64,000 nt of DNA, taken from contig OZ059896.1 in NCBI GenBank assembly GCA_964057225.1, positions 20,770,001 to 20,834,000 of the forward strand. The letters are read 5' to 3'. This DNA comes from Auanema rhodensis. Lineage: Eukaryota; Animalia; Nematoda. The notes below the pieces were generated by a model. It worked only from the letters and a program-made list of their open reading frames with translations, made no database searches and was not told the DNA's origin. The translations under genes were made by a program, and so were the position numbers. This document shows, in pieces, positions 24,801 to 39,050 of this stretch (the first letter of the stretch is position 1; every line of letters begins with the position of its first letter).

Positions 24801-27440
24801 AAAAATTTCAAAATAATTTAGCAAAAAGTAGATGTTTTTAGATTCCATTTTTCAAGGCAAAGACGATAGACAATGTTATTCAACGAAACAATTAATTCTT
24901 CAGGGTGAAAATCGAGGATATAAGTGTGAACTTATATCAGTTGATATCTCGGTGCATTTTTAAGCTAGCGCAAATCTGATAACACAGATCGACGCAGCTT
25001 AAAAATCCACATCGAATGCACTATACTACATTGAGAAACGCTTGATACAAAAATTAGTTATGATCGTTTGAAAAATGGTGCATTAGTGTATGTTGAGTTT
25101 CCATGTACACTCAACATTGCTTCCAAAAACATTTTGACAAAAATTTTTTCGAAAAATTTCAAAATAATTTAGCAAAAAGTAGATGTTTTTAGATTCCATT
25201 TTTCAAGGCAAAGACGATAGACAATGTTATTCAACGAAAAAATTAATTCTTCAGGGTGAAAATCGAGGATATATGTGTGAACTTATATCAGTTGATATCT
25301 CGGTGCATTTTTAAGCTAGCGCAAATCTGATAACACAGATCGACGCAGCTTAAAAATCCACATCGAATGCACTATACTACATTGAGAAACGCTTGATACA
25401 AAAATTAGTTATGATCGTTCGAAAAATGATGCATTAGTGTATGTTGAGTTTCCATGTACACTCAACATTGCTTCCAAAAACATTTTGACAAAAATTTTTT
25501 CGAAAAATTTCAAAATAATTTAGCAAAAAGTAGATGTTTTTAGATTCCTTTTTTCAAGGCAAAGACGATGGACAATGTTATTCAGCGAAAAAATTAATTC
25601 TTCAGGGTGAAAATCGAGGATATAAGTGTGAACTTATATCAGTTGATATCTCGGTGCATTTTTAAGCTAGCGCAAATCTGATAACAAAGATCGGCGCAGC
25701 TTAAAATCCGCATCGAATGCACTATACTACATTGAGAAACGCTTGATACAAAAATTAGTTATGATCGTTTGAAAAATGATGCATTAGTGTATGTTGAGTT
25801 TCCATGTACACTCAACATTGCTTCCAAAAACATTTTGATAAAAATTTTTTCGAAAAATTTCAAAATAATTTAGCAAAAAGTAGATGTTTTTAGATTCCAT
25901 TTTTCAAGGCAAAGACGATAGACAATGTTATTCAACGAAAAAATTAATTCTTCAGGGTGAAAATCGAGGATATATGTGTGAACTTATATCAGTTGATATC
26001 TCGGTGCATTTTTAAGCTAGCGCAAATCTGATAACACAGATCGACGCAGCTTAAAAATCCACATCGAATGCACTATACTACATTGAGAAACGCTTGATAC
26101 AAAAATTAGTTATGATCGTTTGAAAAATGATGCATTAGTGTATGTTGAGTTTCCATGTACACTCAACATTGCTTCCAAAAACATTTTGACAAAAATTTTT
26201 TCGAAAAATTTCAAAATAATTTAGCAAAAAGTAGATGTTTTTAGATTCCTTTTTTCAAGGCAAAGACGATGGACAATGTTATTCAGCGAAAAAATTAATT
26301 CTTCAGGGTGAAAATCGAGGATATAAGTGTGAACTTATATCAGTTGATATCTCGGTGCATTTTTAAGCTAGCGCAAATCTGATAACACAGATCGGCGCAG
26401 CTTAAAATCCGCATCGAATGCACTATACTACATTAAGAAACGCTTGATACAAAAATTAGTTATGATCGTTTGAAAAATGATGCATTAGTGTATGTTGAGT
26501 TTCCATGTACACTCAACATTGCTTCCAAAAACATTTTGATAAAAATTTTTTCGAAAAATTTCAAAATAATTTAGCAAAAAGTAGATGTTTTTAGATTCCA
26601 TTTTTCAAGGCAAAGACGATAGACAATGTTATTCAACGAAAAAATTAATTCTTCAGGGTGAAAATCGAGGATATAAGTGTGAACTTATATCAGTTGATAT
26701 CTCGGTGCATTTTTAAGCTAGCGCAAATCTGATAACACAGATCGACGCAGCTTAAAAATCCACATCGAATGCACTATACTACATTGAGAAACGCTTGATA
26801 CAAAAATTAGTTATGATCGTTTGAAAAATGATGCATTAGTGTATGTTGAGTTTCCATGTACACTCAACATTGCTTCCAAAAACAGTTTGACAAAAATTTT
26901 TTCGAAAAATTTCAGAATAATTTAGCAAAAAGTAGATATTTTTAGATTTCTTTTTTCAAGGCAAAGACGATGGACAATGTTATTCAACGAAAAATTTAAT
27001 TCTTCAGGGTGAAAATCGAGGATATAAGTGTGAACTTATATCAGTTGATATCTCGGTGCATTTTCAAGCTAGCGCAAATCTGATAACACAGATCGACGCA
27101 GCTTAAAAATCCGCATCGAATGCACTATACTACATTGAGAAACGCTTAATACAAAAATTAGTTATGATCGTTTGAAAAATGATGCATTAGTGTATGTTGA
27201 GTTTCCATGTACACTCAACATTGCTTCCAAAAACATTTTGACAAAAATTTTTTCGAAAAATTTCAAAATAATTTAGCAAAAAGTAGATGTTTTTAGATTT
27301 CTTTTTTCAAGGCAAAGACGATGGACAATGTTATTCAACGAAAAAATTAATTCTTCAGGGTGAAAATCGAGGATATAAGTGTGAACTTATATCAGTTGAT
27401 ATCTCGGTGCATTTTTAAGCTAGCGCAAATCTGATAACAC
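21865..27440. repeat. 8-monomer duplication (offset 2805 bp)
   Basis: cgttcgaa 22615/25420, cattaag 23630/26435 and ttcagaat 24110/26915. A partial third copy occurs at 28540/29020 (offset 2105). Confidence 0.87.
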
Positions 27441-30400
27441 AGATCGACGCAGCTTAAAAATCCGCATCGAATGCACTATACTACATTGAGAAACGCTTAA
27501 TACACAAATTAGTTATGATCGTTTGAAAAATGATGCATTAGTGTATGTTGAGTTTCCATGTACACTCAACATTGCTTCCAAAAACAGTTTGACAAAAATT
27601 TTTTCGAAAAGTTTCAAAATAATTTAGCAAAAAGTAGATGTTTTTAGATTTCTTTTTTCAAGGCAAAGACGATGGACAATGTTATTCAACGAAAAAATTA
27701 ATTCTTCAGGGTGAAAATCGAGGATATAAGTGTGAACTTATATCAGTTGATATCTCGGTGCATTTTTAAGCTAGCGCAAATCTGATAACACAGATCGACG
27801 CAGCTTAAAAATCCGCATCGAATGCACTATACTACATTGAGAAACGCTTAATACACAAATTAGTTATGATCGTTTGAAAAATGATGCATTAGTGTATGTT
27901 GAGTTTCCATGTACACTCAACATTGCTTCCAAAAACAGTTTGACAAAAATTTTTTCGAAAAATTTCAAAATAATTTAGCAAAAAGTAGATGTTTTTAGAT
28001 TTCTTTTTTCAAGGCAAAGACGATGGACAATGTTATTCAACGAAAAAATTAATTCTTCAGGGTGAAAATCGAGGATATAAGTGTGAACTTATATCAGTTG
28101 ATATCTCGGTGCATTTTTAAGCTAGCGCAAATCTGATAACACAGATCGACGCAGCTTAAAAATCCGCATCGAATGCACTATACTACATCAAGAAACGCTT
28201 GATACAAAAATTAGTTATGATCGTTTGAAAAATGATGCATTAGTGTATGTTGAGTTTCCATGTACACTCAACATTGCTTCCAAAAACATTTTGACAAAAA
28301 TTTTTTCGAAAAATTTCAAAATAATTTAGCAAGAAGTAGATGTTTTTAGATTTCTTTTCTCAAGGCAAAGACGATGGACAATGTTATTCAACGAAAAAAT
28401 TAATTCTTCAGGGTGAAAATCGAGGATATAAGTGTGAACTTATATCAGTTGATATCTCGGTGCATTTTTAAGCTAGCGCAAATCTGATAACACAGATCGG
28501 CGCAGCTTAAAATCCGCATCGAATGCACTATACTACATTAAGAAACGCTTGATACAAAAATTAGTTATGATCGTTTGAAAAATGATGCATTAGTGTATGT
28601 TGAGTTTCCATGTACACTCAACATTGCTTCCAAAAACATTTTGATAAAAATTTTTTCGAAAAATTTCAAAATAATTTAGCAAAAAGTAGATGTTTTTAGA
28701 TTCCATTTTTCAAGGCAAAGACGATAGACAATGTTATTCAACGAAAAAATTAATTCTTCAGGGTGAAAATCGAGGATATAAGTGTGAACTTATATCAGTT
28801 GATATCTCGGTGCATTTTTAAGCTAGCGCAAATCTGATAACACAGATCGACGCAGCTTAAAAATCCACATCGAATGCACTATACTACATTGAGAAACGCT
28901 TGATACAAAAATTAGTTATGATCGTTTGAAAAATGATGCATTAGTGTATGTTGAGTTTCCATGTACACTCAACATTGCTTCCAAAAACAGTTTGACAAAA
29001 ATTTTTTCGAAAAATTTCAGAATAATTTAGCAAAAAGTAGATATTTTTAGATTTCTTTTTTCAAGGCAAAGACGATGGACAATGTTATTCAACGAAAAAT
29101 TTAATTCTTCAGGGTGAAAATCGAGGATATAAGTGTGAACTTATATCAGTTGATATCTCGGTGCATTTTCAAGCTAGCGCAAATCTGATAACACAGATCG
29201 ACGCAGCTTAAAAATCCGCATCGAATGCACTATACTACATTGAGAAACGCTTAATACAAAAATTAGTTATGATCGTTTGAAAAATGATGCATTAGTGTAT
29301 GTTGAGTTTCCATGTACACTCAACATTGCTTCCAAAAACATTTTGACAAAAATTTTTTCGAAAAATTTCAAAATAATTTAGCAAAAAGTAGATGTTTTTA
29401 GATTTCTTTTTTCAAGGCAAAGACGATGGACAATGTTATTCAACGAAAAAATTAATTCTTCAGGGTGAAAATCGAGGATATAAGTGTGAACTTATATCAG
29501 TTGATATCTCGGTGCATTTTTAAGCTAGCGCAAATCTGATAACACAGATCGACGCAGCTTAAAAATCCGCATCGAATGCACTATACTACATTGAGAAACG
29601 CTTAATACACAAATTAGTTATGATCGTTTGAAAAATGATGCATTAGTGTATGTTGAGTTTCCATGTACACTCAACATTGCTTCCAAAAACAGTTTGACAA
29701 AAATTTTTTCGAAAAATTTCAAAATAATTTAGCAAAAAGTAGATGTTTTTAGATTTCTTTTTTCAAGGCAAAGACGATGGACAATGTTATTCAACGAAAA
29801 AATTAATTCTTCAGGGTGAAAATCGAGGATATAAGTGTGAACTTATATCAGTTGATATCTCGGTGCATTTTTAAGCTAGCGCAAATCTGATAACACAGAT
29901 CGACGCAGCTTAAAAATCCGCATCGAATGCACTATACTACATCAAGAAACGCTTGATACAAAAATTAGTTATGATCGTTTGAAAAATGATGCATTAGTGT
30001 ATGTTGAGTTTCCATGTACACTCAACATTGCTTCCAAAAACATTTTGACAAAAATTTTTTCGAAAAATTTCAAAATAATTTAGCAAGAAGTAGATGTTTT
30101 TAGATTTCTTTTCTCAAGGCAAAGACGATGGACAATGTTATTCAACGAAAAAATTAATTCTTCAGGGTGAAAATCGAGGATATAAGTGTGAACTTATATC
30201 AGTTGATATCTCGGTGCATTTTTAAGCTAGCGCAAATCTGATAACACAGATCGACGCAGCTTAAAAATCCACATCGAATGCACTATACTACATTGAGAAA
30301 CGCTTGATACAAAAATTAGTTATGATCGTTTGAAAAATGATGCATTAGTGTATGTTGAGTTTCCATGTACACTCAACATTGCTTCCAAAAACAGTTTGAC

Positions 30401-30480
30401 AAAAATTTTTTCGAAAAATTTCAAAATAATTTAGCAAAAAGTAGATATTTTTAGATTTCTTTTTTCAAGGCAAAGACGAT

Positions 30481-33400
30481 GGACAATGTTATTCAACGAA
30501 AAATTTAATTCTTCAGGGTGAAAATCGAGGATATAAGTGTGAACTTATATCAGTTGATATCTCGGTGCATTTTCAAGCTAGCGCAAATCTGATAACACAG
30601 ATCGACGCAGCTTAAAAATCCGCATCGAATGCACTATACTACATTGAGAAACGCTTAATACAAAAATTAGTTATGATCGTTTGAAAAATGATGCATTAGT
30701 GTATGTTGAGTTTCCATGTACACTCAACATTGCTTCCAAAAACATTTTGACAAAAATTTTTTCGAAAAATTTCATAATAATTTAGCAAAAAGTAGATGTT
30801 TTTAGATTCCTTTTTTTAAGGCAAAGACGATGGACAATGTTATTCAACGAAAAAATTAATTCTTCAGGGTGAAAATCGAGGATATAAGTGTGAACTTATA
30901 TCAGTTGATATCTCGGTGCATTTTTAAGCTAGCGCAAATCTGATAACACAGATCGACGCAGCTTAAAAATCCGCATCGAATGCACTATAATACATTGAGA
31001 AACGCTTAATACACAAATTAGTTATGATCGTTTGAAAAATGATGCATTAGTGTATGTTGAGTTTCCATGTACACTCAACATTGCTTCCAAAAACAGTTTG
31101 ACAAAAATTTTTTCGAAAAATTTCAAAATAATTTAGCAAAAAGTAAATGTTTTTAGATTTCTTTTTTCAAGGCAAAGACGATGGACAATGTTATTCAACG
31201 AAAAAATTAATTCTTCAGGGTGAAAATCGAGGATATAAGTGTGAACTTATATCAGTTGATATCTCGGTGCATTTTTAAGCTAGCGCAAATCTGATAACAC
31301 AGATCGACGCAGCTTAAAAATCCGCATCGAATGCACTATACTACATTGAGAAACGCTTAATACACAAATTAGTTATGATCGTTTGAAAAATGATGCATTA
31401 GTGTATGTTGAGTTTCCATGTACACTCAACATTGCTTCCAAAAACAGTTTGACAAAAATTTTTTCGAAAAATTTCAAAATAATTTAGCAAAAAGTAGATG
31501 TTTTTAGATTTCTTTTTTCAAGGCAAAGACGATGGACAATGTTATTCAACGAAAAAATTAATTCTTCAGGGTGAAAATCGAGGATATAAGTGTGAACTTA
31601 TATCAGTTGATATCTCGGTGCATTTTTAAGCTAGCGCAAATCTGATAACACAGATCGACGCAGCTTAAAAATCCGCATCGAATGCACTATACTACATCAA
31701 GAAACGCTTGATACAAAAATTAGTTATGATCGTTTGAAAAATGATGCATTAGTGTATGTTGAGTTTCCATGTACACTCAACATTGCTTCCAAAAACATTT
31801 TGACAAAAATTTTTTCGAAAAATTTCAAAATAATTTAGCAAGAAGTAGATGTTTTTAGATTTTTTTTTTCAAGGCAAAGACGATGGACAATGTTATTCAA
31901 CGAAAAAATTAATTCTTCAGGGTGAAAATCGAGGATATAAGTGTGAACTTATATCAGTTGATATCTCGGTGCATTTTTAAGCTAGCGCAAATCTGATAAC
32001 ACAGATCGACGCAGCTTAAAAATCTGCATCGAATGCACTATACTACATCAAGAAACGCTTGATAAAAAAAAATTAGTTATGATCGTTTGAAAAATGATGC
32101 ATTAGTGTATGTTGAGTTTCCATGTACACTCAACATTGCTTCCAAAAACATTTTGACAAAAATTTTTTCGAAAAATTTCAAAATAATTTAGCAAAAAGTG
32201 GATGTTTTTAGATTCCATTTTTCAAGGCAAAGACGATAGACAATGTTATTCAACGAAAAAATTAATTCTTCAGGGTGAAAATCGAGGATATAAGTGTGAA
32301 CTTATATCAGTTGATATCTCGGTGCATTTTTAAGCTAGCGCAAATCTGATAACACAGATCGACGCAGCTTAAAAATCCACATCGAATGCACTATACTACA
32401 TTGAGAAACGCTTGATACAAAAATTAGTTATGATCGTTTGAAAAATGATGCATTAGTGTATGTTGAGTTTCCATGTACACTCAACATTGCTTCCAAAAAC
32501 ATTTTGACAAAAATTTTTTCGAAAAATTTCAAAATAATTTAGCAAAAAGTAGATGTTTTTAGATTCCTTTTTTCAAGGCAAAGACGATGGACAATGTTAT
32601 TCAACGAAAAAATTAATTCTTCAGGGTGAAAATCGAGGATATAAGTGTGAACTTATATCAGTTGATATCTCGGTGCATTTTTAAGCTAGCGCAAATCTGA
32701 TAACACAGATCGGCGCAGCTTAAAATCCGCATCGAATGCACTATACTACATTGAGAAACGCTTGATACAAAAATTAGTTATGATCGTTTGAAAAATGATG
32801 CATTAGTGTATGTTGAGTTTCCATGTACACTCAACATTGCTTCCAAAAACATTTTGACAAAAATTTTTTCGAAAAATTTCAAAATAATTTAGCAAAAAGT
32901 AGATGTTTTTAGATTCCATTTTTCAAGGCAAAGACGATGGACAATGTTATTCAACGAAAAATTTAATTCTTCAGGGTGAAAATCGAGGATATAAGTGTGA
33001 ACTTATATCAGTTGATATCTCGGTGCATTTTCAAGCTAGCGCAAATCTGATAACACAGATCGACGCAGCTTAAAAATCCGCATCGAATGCACTATACTAC
33101 ATTGAGAAACGCTTAATACAAAAATTAGTTATGATCGTTTGAAAAATGATGCATTAGTGTATGTTGAGTTTCCATGTACACTCAACATTGCTTCCAAAAA
33201 CATTTTGACAAAAATTTTTTCGAAAAATTTCAAAATAATTTAGCAAAAAGTAGATGTTTTTAGATTCCTTTTTTTAAGGCAAAGACGATGGACAATGTTA
33301 TTCAACGAAAAAATTAATTCTTCAGGGTGAAAATCGAGGATATAAGTGTGAACTTATATCAGTTGATATCTCGGTGCATTTTTAAGCTAGCGCAAATCTG

Positions 33401-35390
33401 ATAACACAGATCGACGCAGCTTAAAAATCCGCATCGAATGCACTATAATACATTGAGAAACGCTTAATACACAAATTAGTTATGATCGTTTGAAAAATGA
33501 TGCATTAGTGTATGTTGAGTTTCCATGTACACTCAACATTGCTTCCAAAAACAGTTTGACAAAAATTTTTTCGAAAAATTTCAAAATAATTTAGCAAAAA
33601 GTAAATGTTTTTAGATTTCTTTTTTCAAGGCAAAGACGATGGACAATGTTATTCAACGAAAAAATTAATTCTTCAGGGTGAAAATCGAGGATATAAGTGT
33701 GAACTTATATCAGTTGATATCTCGGTGCATTTTTAAGCTAGCGCAAATCTGATAACACAGATCGACGCAGCTTAAAAATCCGCATCGAATGCACTATACT
33801 ACATTGAGAAACGCTTAATACACAAATTAGTTATGATCGTTTGAAAAATGATGCATTAGTGTATGTTGAGTTTCCATGTACACTCAACATTGCTTCCAAA
33901 AACAGTTTGACAAAAATTTTTTCGAAAAATTTCAAAATAATTTAGCAAAAAGTAGATGTTTTTAGATTTCTTTTTTCAAGGCAAAGACGATGGACAATGT
34001 TATTCAACGAAAAAATTAATTCTTCAGGGTGAAAATCGAGGATATAAGTGTGAACTTATATCAGTTGATATCTCGGTGCATTTTTAAGCTAGCGCAAATC
34101 TGATAACACAGATCGACGCAGCTTAAAAATCCGCATCGAATGCACTATACTACATCAAGAAACGCTTGATACAAAAATTAGTTATGATCGTTTGAAAAAT
34201 GATGCATTAGTGTATGTTGAGTTTCCATGTACACTCAACATTGCTTCCAAAAACATTTTGACAAAAATTTTTTCGAAAAATTTCAAAATAATTTAGCAAG
34301 AAGTAGATGTTTTTAGATTTTTTTTTTCAAGGCAAAGACGATGGACAATGTTATTCAACGAAAAAATTAATTCTTCAGGGTGAAAATCGAGGATATAAGT
34401 GTGAACTTATATCAGTTGATATCTCGGTGCATTTTTAAGCTAGCGCAAATCTGATAACACAGATCGACGCAGCTTAAAAATCTGCATCGAATGCACTATA
34501 CTACATCAAGAAACGCTTGATAAAAAAAATTAGTTATGATCGTTTGAAAAATGATGCATTAGTGTATGTTGAGTTTCCATGTACACTCAACATTGCTTCC
34601 AAAAACATTTTGACAAAAATTTTTTCGAAAAATTTCAAAATAATTTAGCAAAAAGTGGATGTTTTTAGATTCCATTTTTCAAGGCAAAGACGATAGACAA
34701 TGTTATTCAACGAAAAAATTAATTCTTCAGGGTGAAAATCGAGGATATAAGTGTGAACTTATATCAGTTGATATCTAGGTGCATTTTTAAGCTAGCGCAA
34801 ATCTGATAACACAGATCGACGCAGCTTAAAAATCCACATCGAATGCACTATACTACATTGAGAAACGCTTGATACAAAAATTAGTTATGATCGTTTGAAA
34901 AATGATGCATTAGTGTATGTTGAGTTTCCATGTACACTCAACATTGCTTCCAAAAACATTTTGACAAAAATTTTTTCGAAAAATTTCAAAATAATTTAGC
35001 AAAAAGTAGATGTTTTTAGATTCCTTTTTTCAAGGCAAAGACGATGGACAATGTTATTCAACGAAAAAATTAATTCTTCAGGGTGAAAATCGAGGATATA
35101 AGTGTGAACTTATATCAGTTGATATCTCGGTGCATTTTTAAGCTAGCGCAAATCTGATAACACAGATCGGCGCAGCTTAAAATCCGCATCGAATGCACTA
35201 TACTACATTGAGAAACGCTTGATACAAAAATTAGTTATGATCGTTTGAAAAATGATGCATTAGTGTATGTTGAGTTTCCATGTACACTCAACATTGCTTC
35301 CAAAAACATTTTGACAAAAATTTTTTCGAAAAATTTCAAAATAATTTAGCAAAAAGTAGATGTTTTTAGATTCCATTTTTCAAGGCAAAG
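30481..35390. repeat. 7-monomer duplication (offset 2457-2458 bp)
   Basis: ctataata 30990/33448, gtaaatg 31146/33604, the long T-run 31863/34321, the expanded A-run ~32064/~34522 and gtggatg 32200/34657. Confidence 0.9.
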
Positions 35391-38300
35391 ACGATAGACA
35401 ATGTTATTCAACGAAAAAATTAATTCTTCAGGGTGAAAATCGAGGATATAAGTGTGAACTTATATCAGTTGATATCTCGGTGCATTTTTAAGCTAGCGCA
35501 AATCTGATAACACAGATCGGCGCAGCTTAAAATCCGCATCGAATGCACTATACTACATTGAGAAACGCTTGATACAAAAATTAGTTATGATCGTTTGAAA
35601 AATGATGCATTAGTGTATGTTGAGTTTCCATGTACACTCAACATTGCTTCCAAAAACATTTTGACAAAAATTTTTTCGAAAAATTTCAAAATAATTTAGC
35701 AAGAAGTAGATGTTTTTAGATTTCTTTTTTCAAGGCAAAGACGATGGACAATGTTATTCAACGAAAAAATTAATTCTTCAGGGTGAAAATCGAGGATATA
35801 AGTGTGAACTTATATCAGTTGATATCTCGGTGCATTTTTAAGCTAGCGCAAATCTGATAACACAGATCGACGCAGCTTAAAAATCCGCATCGAATGCACT
35901 ATACTACATTGAGAAACGCTTGATACAAAAATTAGTTATGATCGTTTGAAAAATGATGCATTAGTGTATGTTGAGTTTCCATGTACACTCAACATTGCTT
36001 CCAAAAACATTTTGACAAAAATTTTTTCGAAAAATTTCAAAATAATTGAGCAAAAAGTGGATGTTTTTAGATTCCATTTTTCAAGGCAAAGACGATAGAC
36101 AATGTTATTCAACGAAAAAATTAATTCTTCAGGGTGAAAATCGAGGATATAAGTGTGAACTTATATCAGTTGATATCTCGGTGCATTTTTAAGCTAGCGC
36201 AAATCTGATAACACAGATCGGCGCAGCTTAAAATCCGCATCGAATGCACTATACTACATTGAGAAACGCTTGATACAAAAATTAGTTATGATCGTTTGAA
36301 AAATGATGCATTAGTGTATGTTGAGTTTCCATGTACACTCAACATTGCTTCCAAAAACATTTTGACAAAAATTTTTTCGAAAAATTTCAAAATAATTTAG
36401 CAAAAAGTAGATGTTTTTAGATTCCATTTTTCAAGGCAAAGACGATAGACAATGTTATTCAACGAAAAAATTAATTCTTCAGGGTGAAAATCGAGGATAT
36501 AAGTGTGAACTTATATCAGTTGATATCTCGGTGCATTTTTAAGCTAGCGCAAATCTGATAACACAGATCGGCGCAGCTTAAAATCCGCATCGAATGCACT
36601 ATACTACATTGAGAAACGCTTGATACAAAAATTAGTTATGATCGTTTGAAAAATGATGCATTAGTGTATGTTGAGTTTCCATGTACACTCAACATTGCTT
36701 CCAAAAACATTTTGACAAAAATTTTTTCGAAAAATTTCAAAATAATTTAGCAAAAAGTAGATGTTTTTAGATTCCATTTTTCAAGGCAAAGACGATGGAC
36801 AATGTTATTCAACGAAAAAATTAATTCTTCAGGGTGAAAATCGAGGATATAAGTGTGAACTTATATCAGTTGATATCTCGGTGCATTTTTAAGCTAGCGC
36901 AAATCTGATAACACAGATCGGCGCAGCTTAAAATCCGCATCGAATGCACTATACTACATTGAGAAACGCTTGATACAAAAATTAGTTATGATCGTTTGAA
37001 AAATGATGCATTAGTGTATGTTGAGTTTCCATGTACACTCAACATTGCTTCCAAAAACATTTTGACAAAAATTTTTTCGAAAAATTTCAAAATAATTTAG
37101 CAAAAAGTAGATGTTTTTAGATTCCATTTTTCAAGGCAAAGACGATAGACAATGTTATTCAACGAAAAAATTAATTCTTCAGGGTGAAAATCGAGGATAT
37201 AAGTGTGAACTTATATCAGTTGATATCTCGGTGCATTTTTAAGCTAGCGCAAATCTGATAACACAGATCGGCGCAGCTTAAAATCCGCATCGAATGCACT
37301 ATACTACATTGAGAAACGCTTGATACAAAAATTAGTTATGATCGTTTGAAAAATGATGCATTAGTGTATGTTGAGTTTCCATGTACACTCAACATTGCTT
37401 CCAAAAACATTTTGACAAAAATTTTTTCGAAAAATTTCAAAATAATTTAGCAAGAAGTAGATGTTTTTAGATTTCTTTTTTCAAGGCAAAGACGATGGAC
37501 AATGTTATTCAACGAAAAAATTAATTCTTCAGGGTGAAAATCGAGGATATAAGTGTGAACTTATATCAGTTGATATCTCGGTGCATTTTTAAGCTAGCGC
37601 AAATCTGATAACACAGATCGACGCAGCTTAAAAATCCGCATCGAATGCACTATACTACATTGAGAAACGCTTGATACAAAAATTAGTTATGATCGTTTGA
37701 AAAATGATGCATTAGTGTATGTTGAGTTTCCATGTACACTCAACATTGCTTCCAAAAACATTTTGACAAAAATTTTTTCGAAAAATTTCAAAATAATTTA
37801 GCAAAAAGTAGATGTTTTTAGATTCCATTTTTCAAGGCAAAGACGATAGACAATGTTATTCAGCAAAAAAATTAATTCTTCAGGGTGAAAATCGAGGATA
37901 TATGTGTGAACTTATATCAGTTGATATCTCGGTGCATTTTTAAGCTAGCGCAAATCTGATAACACAGATCGACGCAGCTTAAAAATCCACATCGAATGCA
38001 CTATACTACATTGAGAAACGCTTGATACAAAAATTAGTTATGATCGTTTGAAAAATGATGCATTAGTGTATGTTGAGTTTCCATGTACACTCAACATTGC
38101 TTCCAAAAACATTTTGACAAAAATTTTTTCGAAAAATTTCAAAATAATTTAGCAAAAAGTAGATGTTTTTAGATTCCTTTTTTCAAGGCAAAGACGATGG
38201 ACAATGTTATTCAACGAAAAAATTAATTCTTCAGGGTGAAAATCGAGGATATAAGTGTGAACTTATATCAGTTGATATCTCGGTGCATTTTTAAGCTAGC

Positions 38301-39050
38301 GCAAATCTGATAACACAGATCGGCGCAGCTTAAAATCCGCATCGAATGCACTATACTACATTGAGAAACGCTTGATACAAAAATTAGTTATGATCGTTTG
38401 AAAAATGATGCATTAGTGTATGTTGAGTTTCCATGTACACTCAACATTGCTTCCAAAAACATTTTGACAAAAATTTTTTCGAAAAATTTCAAAATAATTT
38501 AGCAAAAAGTAGATGTTTTTAGATTCCATTTTTCAAGGCAAAGACGATAGACGATGTTATTCAACGAAAAAATTAATTCTTCAGGGTGAAAATCGAGGAT
38601 ATAAGTGTGAACTTATATCAGTTGATATCTCGGTGCATTTTTAAGCTAGCGCAAATCTGATAACACAGATCGGCGCAGCTTAAAATCCGCATCGAATGCA
38701 CTATACTACATTGAGAAACGCTTGATACAAAAATTAGTTATGATCGTTTGAAAAATGATGCATTAGTGTATGTTGAGTTTCCATGTACACTCAACATTGC
38801 TTCCAAAAACATTTTGACAAAAATTTTTTCGAAAAATTTCAAAATAATTTAGCAAAAAGTAGATGTTTTTAGATTCCATTTTTCAAGGCAAAGACGATAG
38901 ACAATGTTATTCAACGAAAAAATTAATTCTTCAGGGTGAAAATCGAGGATATAAGTGTGAACTTATATCAGTTGATATCTCGGTGCATTTTTAAGCTAGC
39001 GCAAATCTGATAACACAGATCGGCGCAGCTTAAAATCCGCATCGAATGCA

